A stretch of 64,000 bases of DNA from Tubulanus polymorphus. Taxonomy: Eukaryota; Animalia; Nemertea. Numbering within the stretch: the first letter of the stretch is position 1; each line of letters starts with the position of its first letter. The stretch is from assembly GCF_964204645.1 (NCBI RefSeq), contig NC_134031.1, positions 16,665,807-16,729,806 on the forward strand, written 5' to 3'. A program made the translations under genes and the position numbers. The notes beneath the pieces are model-generated. The model searched no databases and was not told where the DNA came from. It saw only the letters and a list, made by a program, of their open reading frames with translations. Positions 37,818 to 47,119 of this stretch are shown one piece after another.

Positions 37818-39703
37818 TTTATCACGTTTGAGTTTGGTTATCCTACTAGCAGAAATGACGACCACCCATATAATCTAGATCAATAAAGAAATCTAACTTC
37901 CTGGATTTCCTGAATTTGTTTTTCATAAGAACTGGCTAAGTAAGCCCGCGCAGTGTACGGTGAACAAGGAAAATTTGAACGTTTTCTACATGATAACAAA
38001 GATCTGAATGTATACTTGGAAAAAACGCCGCGGGAAAACCGTAATATTTCATACCAAGTTCGGAACAGGATGTATCCGTGACACGAGTCTGGCGACTTTC
38101 CGATTAAGTGGTGGTGTGCGTTATATTCATCATCTTCATAGGCGGATACAGACTAAAACAGGATGAAAATACAATTCATTTGGCTGTGGGTTTAATTCCA
38201 TATTTCAAAAAATAAATTAGTCAAAATGAATTAAGGATGATGAAATTCTTAAACTGTAATTACAAATAGTCACACGACCTACTAAAACCACCATGAGATC
38301 GTAGGTAGAATTTGAAAGATGTGAGCGTTGCATGACACATCACATGTTAATGAATGAATCTTGGCAACGGCTCAACGCAAATACTGTTTGGCGGGTTGCC
38401 ATTCGCTCGTTGATTGGTCGATAGTGAACCGTTTGAATGAAATACGTAAATTCCCGCTGCGCACGCACACGAAAACCCACCACAGTCAATGAAATTACCC
38501 ACGATCCATTGCGGTAGGGTATATAACCGACGTAAACAGAGTCAAAGATAAACATATGCACGTTCGCAATAGAATACGCTCAGAATTATTTCATCGGGAA
38601 TTTACTTACGGATTTGCCTTTTTAATTCGATAATTTTAAGAAAGGTTAGTGAAATATAGATTCAACTAGTTTTCGATTACATATTTATTCAATTATCAAA
38701 CTGTAAATGGTTTTAAGGCGTGTTTTTTGCAACCAGACGGTTTGGTAGTATGTAGTACGTGGGTGCGCCATCTTCTCTCGAATTCTATAACGATAAGTTA
38801 GCAAGTTTAAATGTATTTCAATCTAATCTTACGACTGTTTCAAACTTGAAATTAGCTTGTATGTATTCTTTACTGTATTCATTTATCGGAAATCAAGTGT
38901 AGGACCTGAGAAATATATGTTTAGTGGCAACCTATTCAAAAACATTCATACCCTAGTAACCCAGTATTTTGTCATTTACATAATTTTATCTTTTAAAAAC
39001 TATAAATTTCGCCCGGATTTTATCGAAGAAAATTTATTTATGATCTCCAGCTTAATGGAGAGGCGTTATTCATGAAGATAGAAACGGAAATTTACCGATC
39101 ACAGTACAAACCAGATCAGGAACATATCGATTTAATGATAATAAGATTGGCACTGTGCCAATTGTGTCTGGCTTTCAGTACTCGGTTGTAGCGCGGTAAT
39201 AATAGCAACAGCAGTGATCGTGACGTCGATATACGGCGCGCGGGAAATAATAATAGCTAGACGACGTCAGGGCGAGGTGAATTATACGCAAATAGAGCCG
39301 TACGGATTGATCGAATGCCAAGCATTTTTTTGACGAGTTGATATTTACCCGACGACTAGACGCATATTTTTTCCAAGAGAAATTGGAAAAATCTATCCCT
39401 GAACTATATGGAAGCTGAGCCAACAATGAAGTTGCCCTCCTACATATAACAGAAACAACATTACTATGGCCTCGAAAGAGCCCGTGACATTCACGATATA
39501 TGACGGTCCCAATCAATTGAGCTATTGTTATACATCAAGGTTTCCGTTGGCGCATTAGCCCACGGGCTTCATATTTCCTCTATTCACGTTTTTGAAAAAT
39601 GCGCAACCACTTTCTAGGTTAGGCTAGGAAATGATACGTTATCGTTTTCTCTCTATTCCCGTCGTAATATTTCGTCTTCTCATTGTATTTTGCAGATTTC
39701 GAG

Positions 39704-40619
39704 ATGTGGGGTTTGATGGCACCGACTTCTGTGAACGCTCCTTCACAAGCCTGGAAGAAATGGCTCGAATACATACTGAAAGAGAAAAGTATGTTTTTCA
39801 AGTCGGCCGCTCTGGTTTATGAGAATGGCGTTACGGCGGCAGCTTCGAATGGTTTCCACGTATCCAGTTCGGAATTAGAGGTAAATATAATATTTATAGG
39901 TCACCAATTAGAACGGTTTCAAAGTACGTTGTACTACAACTACAAAGAAAACTTCATTCAATAGAATTTGATATTAAAATAAGTTGACTCATCATTTCGT
40001 CGCTTCTGGTCAACCGCAGTGATTTTCCACGATACTAGCATTATATATGAAGTCTTACTGGAATCTTACTCGCTCTCTTATCAGTCACTTATGATTTCAA
40101 ATTATTTGGACTTGATAAGTTTAGATAAGATTGAAACGTATAGAGTCCTAATGGGTGATTTGGGGCGCGCATAATTGAAAAACACTTGAAATCTATATAA
40201 CTGCACAGCTTGAACCTAAATCACATGAAATAAGCTTTTGAATTTGTTACGACGCATAATTCTGCTATACAACCTAAATAAATGACAAGTTTTGAAAAAC
40301 CGGGCAGATCTATTTAATTTATGTACATGTATTATGTATCAAGTTCATATTGTATAATCATTTTGTTTCGTTTGTGTAGATTGTGAAGAGAATTTTCCAT
40401 GGCGCTAAACCGGAAAGAATTATCGTCAATGACGTAACCTACTGTGTGAAAAGTATCGAAAACAATCACGTGATCGCCTTTAACGGTTCGAAATATTTGG
40501 TCATCAGCAAAAGTCAACAGATGTTCGTCTTCGGACTATGTACGTCGCGGATGCGTAGCACCGACGCATCCCACTTCATAGGACGGGTAGCTAATAGTCT
40601 ATCGGAGAAAGCTTACTAA
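39704..40619 (+). CDS. profilin-like protein (138 aa, 2 coding exons)
   Basis: Exons 39704-39880 and 40380-40619 splice in frame. Recalled profilin-fold motifs: W..W/Y N-terminal helix, SAALV..NG...AAS.GF.V...E, IIVNDVTY, SKS....VFG, and C-terminal VANSLSEKAY. Confidence 0.8.
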
Positions 40620-43600
40620 TCGGTTGGAACCCTTTTAGGAAATTTTATCTCATTTCATAGAATCTTCTTGCACCAACAATGCAGTTATCTCTCCGAGAGA
40701 CGACGTCTGTTTTTGCTTGTCAAGGTCACGGTTGCGGCGGATGAGAGCTGGTGGTAATCAACTGACTAGACGGCATATAGAAACAATGATGCAGCGGCAT
40801 CTCGCAAACAAAATTCCGCGCGTGTCAACCGGTCGTGTTTGTGAACCAGACAGTTATTTACGCAGACGGCTGGAGTGACGAGAGACTTCATTATTTTATT
40901 GGCCGCGTTGTAGCGGTCAAATCAGTATTAGTTGCTGTTTGTTTCGCCATGTGTGACGTATGACAATTGACTTTCAGTAACGTTTGGACATTTGCCAAAT
41001 AACTCGGTCGTTTCCTGTGCTGCCGTAGAACATAGATTTATTGATGCGTTTCGAAATTAAACACCTCTGAAAAATCGAAATGCGTAGTTCATGGCGTGTG
41101 AAAGTCACACTGCCTTATTTGGCTATGATACAAAATTATTCTCTTTTCGAATTGGACGTTATCACGTCTGGGTTTTACAAGCCTCATTTTTCAACAATGT
41201 GGACTCATTTTTCCCACTGCTATCGTAAAGTATACAAAATTTCGGTTAATGCTTTTTTGTGTTTCTAATGAAAATTCTGTTATTGCTGTCTAAACATGCT
41301 GAACATTTTTAAGACAATCATTGAAAAATATTGCATCACGGTACCACGGTAAGCGTGGCTGGTATCAAATCTCTTCATTTCAACGTCTCTAAGGCCATAT
41401 GAAAATAAATTGTTCTTGATTCTCATCAGCTCCCTCTCCGAATTTAGCCGCCATCAGGTTTTTTTTCATCTTATTTTGAAATAAAATGTAAAACTACCAG
41501 TTTAAGAATTAGACTAACAATATTATTCACAGAAGTCATCTATTTGCTGCCAAGCATGTAGCTAAACACTTGAAGCATCTGATAGTCTAAATCTTCGCAA
41601 ACGTAGCCAGGGTTCAATAAGTTTAAATTGATTATTAAAAGCTAGTTCCATCACCCGTTTCCTGCACAAGTCTTCATTAGAGCTTTTGCAGTATTTTGTA
41701 TACAGAATATAAAATATAAACCTCCCTCTTTAATGATTTTTCACAACTTCTGATGAGAAAAATCAAGTAATTTATTTCGTATGGCCTTACTATGAATTTG
41801 CAGAGGTTCGCCACCGAAAAATTGTTCCCGAGGAGCGGCATATTTTCGCAGCGATATCCCATAAATTGTTGCTTAATCAGTTTTAGAAATAGTGGTTTTG
41901 AAATCGGTCGTCAATTAGTTTGAAAATGTCAAACGAAATATAAAATAGAAGAAATTATAAACTGTAGGATTTTCAGATGCAGTCAAAGAAATATCAACGA
42001 GCATTGTGAACAATAATTCCAAACGTAAACATGACAACATGATTTAGAAACTAGTCAATCCTTATTGTGTCTTCGAATCCCTTTTTCCAAAGGGATGCGG
42101 ACGAGTGATTAGTGCTCGATTAACATATCAATCAATGCAATATATTCAATACAAACGCGTTGTTTTTACTGAAAAAAAATGAACGTCTTGTAAATTGTAC
42201 ATATAAAAGGTATTTATTAGCTTTGTAAATAACTTGTATTTTATGAACGTACGTTCTGTGTGTGAGTGTGTATGATAACTTTGCTGGCGAACTCTGTGTT
42301 CTGGTATTCGAATTTTCTTGCGGGTGCTTTTGACCGTTTTATATACGTACTGCCTGGAAAAACCTAGCACTTCACCGATTTATTTGAAACCGCAATATTT
42401 CCCGCAGTGTTGTCCTATCGATGAATCAGGTGATTTGAGCGTTCAGAAATCGTAAGATAGATAAATCCAAAAATAGAATTAAACTTTGCACACAAAATTC
42501 TAGACCATCGATGTCAAAAGCTTTTTGTTGATACATTTGATAAAATTTGAACTTTTAAGTGAAAATTCATTGAAATTCTTGTGTATGTGTGTGTATGAAG
42601 TAAGCGAGTGCCTCGATATTCTTTTTCTATGTGTAATTGTGATCGTTTACCATAAAATCTAAATGGCGATTATATTGTGCTGGTGGTGTATCAAACACAG
42701 ATACAGTTTCTATCGTCATATGCAACGTGTTCAATGCAAGTATTTTAACATGTCTCGATTATAGATATACTGTCTCAACTCAGTATGTGTGGCGTGCACC
42801 TATAGTTTGATAGTTTACAACGAGTTATATAGCAACACATCGAAACCTAATTGAGAAAAATCATCAAATATACTGCTTTGAATATTGAATGCGAAATAAT
42901 ATCCACTGTCGAGACATATCGTAAAGATTTTTTGACATCCGACACTGTATTTGATTGTTTATGACTTATTTTCATATACCCACAATTTTGTCGAATGTCT
43001 TCTGTTAGTTACGCAAGGTTATTTCAAGAGAGAACAAACTGCGTGTCGTTATTGGCGACTGCAGTAAACGCAAACTGAAAAAAATTATCGCGATTTACTT
43101 CTGAAAATAGTAGACACCGGCAATTCTTTTTTCGACAGGATTTTAACGTGAGAAACGGGTCTAATTAAAGAAACAAGTAATTCTTGTTTTTTTATGACCA
43201 AAAGTAAGATTTTTGATCGACCTTATAATCTGAAGAAAAAACTGAAAACAAGGACTTCGTTATTCTCGATAAGAATGCTGTTGCTTTTTGAAGAATTCGT
43301 TTGGTTTGAAAGTGCTACTCGTGTGTGTGATTGTGATAATAACTGAAAATTGATGTACCTTTTTGTGCTTTGAATAAGTGTTTAATGTCTTTTTTTGTAA
43401 CATTTTGTACACGGAGAAAAGTATATTTTAAGACCTTCCTGTATCTAATATACATGTATATCAATCATTATTGAAAGAAAGATTTTACAAATCGATTTTA
43501 ATTCGTTTGATATTTTAATGAGAAGATGAAATAATTATCCGTACCTTGATCAGAAATTAAATCGGCAACTTATTCGAGATGCTGTTGATTTTCGATGTTA

Positions 43601-44476
43601 AAGATTAGAATGTATTGTTTGTTAATGACAGTCAAATTTAAGTTATTGTTTTTAGAAAAATAAACTAAAATTCGCTGTATTTAAAACTGCTGATTTTGAA
43701 TTTACTGAGATTTATTTTCTACTGGGAAGCTGCATGAAACCTCGGTCAACTCGGACAAAATCTTCAGGACAGTTTCTATACGCACGACGTTTCTTGGTCC
43801 GACCAGGGAAGTGTGATGAGATGGAATACGGACGCTTTTAATTGCCGGATGTAGGCTATTCAATTCAGCCCGTACATCAAAGGTTACCGCAACAGCAGTA
43901 AGCTACGCTTATCGAGTGTGTGTTACCAGCTGAACACCAGTCAACATCAACTTTGATTCGGTCGCAGAACAACCCGCAATAGTTTTAGCCCGATAAATGT
44001 TCTGCGATCGATACTACGCATGCGCACTGCAGTTCATTGAACCACGTGGAAGTGGCTGTGTATAAACATATTTTTCTTTAGAAAATCGGTTGAAATTCAA
44101 CAATTTCTCGTAAAATTTGTCCAAAAAGGTATGTATTTTTATTCTTCTATATCTCCGAAACCCGGAATCGGAACATTAAGTGTTTATATTGTGATTAAAG
44201 TCTGTTTTTATGTGTTAAACATATGTTTTTGCCAGTTCGTTCCGATTCCGGGTTTAGCGTTATTTGGGCATTGAAGATGTCAAATATTTCGGCCCAGACT
44301 CGCGCAGCTTTCGTTTCTGACGTCATGTTGCTATGTTACGACACAGACATATACATGAAGTATGATCTTTAAAATGTGTATTTACTACATAATAATGTTA
44401 CTTAATAACGCTTACATTAGGCCTACAAATTATTGTCCCCCATATAAACCAAGTTGCCTAAATAGCATCAGCAATC

Positions 44477-45406
44477 TCATTTAATTAACCTTTTCTTGTT
44501 TTTAGTCATGGATCTTTGTCGATTGTGTGGAAAAAATGCGAAACCTCCGGATCGTCGTCCTATCGATAAAAATAATTTCAAAAGCCATGTGAAGGAGTTG
44601 TTCAACATTGATTTTGATGATGATACTGAACAGTACCCGATATATATCTGTAATATGTGTCGTGTCAAATTACAAAAATGGCGTAAGAACAAAAACGTTA
44701 AAAAAACTGTCCCTGTGACTATCACAACATGAAACTTTGCCCACATTTTATCCAAATCTTTCGCAGTGCTTATGTGAATGGCGGAACATAATGTATCTTG
44801 AATTTTTGTAAACCACTGGTTAATTCCAAGTCTGGACGGCGACGTATTTGTAGTCAAAATTTTATCGATCGATTTTCCATTATGTACTGCTGCCATTCCA
44901 TTTGAACTGAATTTAAATACTCGATGGTTAATCACTTCAGTCATAGCCTTTTCCAAATATATAGTGTTCCTGCGAAAATAATAATAATGATTATTATTTT
45001 AACATGTACTTATCTGGATTTTTTATATTATGTTTATATATTATTTTCTGTATTCGTTTATTATTTTATAACCTAAAAGGATTGTATTGATTATAAAAAT
45101 AAATGTAAAAAATACCTGTATGTGTGTTTTCTCGTGTTCAGATCGCAGTCTCTGGTCAGCTGAGCCTGAGAAGTACCTATATGAAAAAGAAAAGGAAAGA
45201 ATAAAGTGCCTGCAATTAGGTGGAAACTATTCCGATATTACATTGATTCAAAAGGAATAACACTCACTAGAATCGGCCGAATTAGTTGATCCTGATCCAG
45301 AGGATTCCCGTAATATTTCCGTATCGATCTGAACCAATTCGTCACTATCAAAGAATAGTTCGTCAAAATCGTCATCATTTATAATTTCGTTGACAACCGT
45401 TGCCAT
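44477..45406 (-). pseudogene. second, convergent transposon-borne spliced ORF of unknown function
   Basis: Exons 45406-45268, 45176-45116 and 44969-44477 have GT-AG borders and join in frame (phases 1 and 2): MATVVNEIINDDDFDELFFDSDEL...RKHTYR NTIYLEKAMTEVINHRVF...DKMWAKFH. Confidence 0.55.
44508..44732 (+). pseudogene. truncated transposon protein with an N-terminal C2C2 zinc finger (RAG1-N/Chapaev-like or zf-AD-like)
   Basis: MDLCRLCG..x17..VKELFNIDFDDDTEQYPIYICNMCRVKL. Preceded by a polypyrimidine-TAG acceptor (44504-44505), with an upstream donor AAG|GTATGT at 44129. Confidence 0.6.
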
Positions 45407-45520
45407 TTTAATACAGCGGAAAGAACCGATATCACGATTGATAAAACACTATATCCGTCTGAAGCGATGTAGAGAGAATCGCACAATGATAACGAAAAAG
45501 TCCAAAAATGTTAGTAGTTT

Positions 45521-45558
45521 ATTCAACGTTTCGTCTATGTCCTAATAGTCATCTTCAG
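45521..45558 (-). ncRNA. minimal type-I hammerhead motif in a Penelope-like fragment nested in the transposon
   Basis: Minus strand: CTGAAGA-T-GACTAT-taggac-ATAGAC-GAAA-CGTT-GAAT, with palindromic AACGTT stem III. Confidence 0.55.
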
Positions 45559-46116
45559 AAATAATGAATACTACAGAAATTATGAGAGATATATACAATC
45601 CAGAGACAAAGAGACTAATTCAAGTAATCAGAGATGATACAAACTAAAGGAAAATTAACGTAGAAACAGTTACACGCTAAAACAGATTAAAGAGAAGCAG
45701 TTAAGAGACAGACTAGGGGGCACTTAAATTTAAGACAATTGTGAATACAAGTTGATCGACTAAAATTGATGAGGGGAAATCAGGTGTTGAGTTTAACCAG
45801 TTTACAGAGGAATTTTTATATAAGTTTATTATGGGATGAAAAACCGATATTCGGAAACAACTGAATTATTACGGAGATTCCCGATCTCGCTGGTTATCGC
45901 TTATCGGCGCGTTACGTAACAAAGCGCTCGCCGACGAACCGTTATCGGCTTTAGGGCAATTACAACGCACATTCGACAAGAGCTGCACAATAGCGTCCGT
46001 ATTCCATCTCATCACACTTCCCTGGTCCGACTAAGTCCGAGTTGGCCGAGGTTTTCTGTATGGTATAAATTCCTTCTAAAGAAACAACAGGTATTTGAGG
46101 TCGGAGGAACTATCTA

Positions 46117-46291
46117 AAGAGGAACCTCGTTATAACTGGCTCGGATACAACGATTCATCGGATATAACAAATATAGAATTTCGTCCAAAGTAAGAAAATT
46201 TAGATTATTTCATATTGGATAACGAACTATCGGTTGTAACGAACATATTTTCTGGTCCCGTGAAGTTTGCTGTAACGAGGTTGTATTTTGG
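46117..46291. mobile_element. Tigger-like MITE (degenerate)
   Basis: GAACCTCGTTATAAC...GTAACGAGGTT ends, with internal CGGATATAAC/GTTGTAACG repeats. Confidence 0.55.
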
Positions 46292-46381
46292 TACAGTCCC
46301 GAACCACCATCCTGAAAAACTAGACGATCTTGCAAAAATGGAGAACTCGCCATGATTGCCACGGAAATTGATTAGAAGGAT

Positions 46382-46416
46382 CAGGGAAGTGTGATGTGAC
46401 TCATCACACTTCCCTG
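46382..46416. mobile_element. 35-bp TIR-only remnant (probable excision footprint) of the 43804 element family
   Basis: CAGGGAAGTGTGATGTG-A-CTCATCACACTTCCCTG, flanked by the direct 7-bp repeat GAAGGAT (46375-46381 and 46417-46423). Confidence 0.85.
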
Positions 46417-47119
46417 GAAGGATAAACTTGACAATCCGGACACATTTGCCCTCAGTGTTTGTTTGAATCACATTCCACGCATAACATTAATGAGGACACC
46501 TTGGCGAGCTCTAGTAAATGACATTTGCGGCAAATGACTAGGTTTTTAGAATTGCAGTCTGGTTCTTCTTTTCATGCAAGATTATCAAAGCGGAAAGACG
46601 CGAACGAACAACACTCGGAAACTTTAAGTGCCATATTTCCATTCAAGAGAGACGTCTGAAAAAAAATATACCGCTTTAAATAGCGCTAAAAGCACGACCT
46701 TTTATAAAATAAACACTATATAAGCTGGCTTTTGATCGTTTCCTAGACAGTACCTCGATTTTAATTCGCCGAAAGTTCATAGTGTTCAAACGGATTTTCT
46801 ATTCCAAAGAACAGCACCATAACGCCTATGAATCCCTCATTTCTTCCTCAATTTCCGCAAATTGTCATTATATAACTAGCATTCTTTAATGAGGTCATGT
46901 CTGACCGTCTACCGGTCAGCCACGCCAAACATTTATCGGAACAAGAACATCTTAAAGTAAGGACAACCTAACGTTATTGGCACGGATAACACGAATGAAA
47001 ATATTATCAGAACTTACACGTATATTCACGTTTATTCAACAACTATAAAATAACAGGTAGTTAGTTTTGAACTTAGTTTTGATAAATATATAAACAAATG
47101 TAGATGCGCAAATATAAAT

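Larger units (their letters stand above)
43804..46024. mobile_element. 2221-bp non-autonomous TIR DNA transposon, probably P superfamily
   Basis: Perfect 33-bp TIRs CAGGGAAGTGTGATGAGATGGAATACGGACGCT (43804-43836 and 45992-46024). Direct 7-bp TSD GTCCGAC (43797-43803 and 46025-46031). No DDE catalytic domain visible. Confidence 0.88.
43733..46058. mobile_element. pogo/Tigger-like MITE split by the nested 2.2-kb element
   Basis: Outer TIRs (CATG)AAACCTCGGTCAACTCGGAC / GTCCGAGTTGGCCGAGGTTTTCTG-TA. Only about 100 bp remain once the insert is removed. Confidence 0.7.

Noticed and set aside
43804-46024. Calling the element a true RAG/Transib or Chapaev transposon
   Set aside because: The ends are CAGGG rather than CAC heptamer-like, the TSD is 7 bp rather than 4-5 bp, and no RAG1 core or RAG2 kelch sequence is visible.
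43733-46058. A single element with long compound TIRs
   Set aside because: GTCCGAC is a direct repeat flanking the inner TIRs, which shows a nested insertion into a separate MITE.
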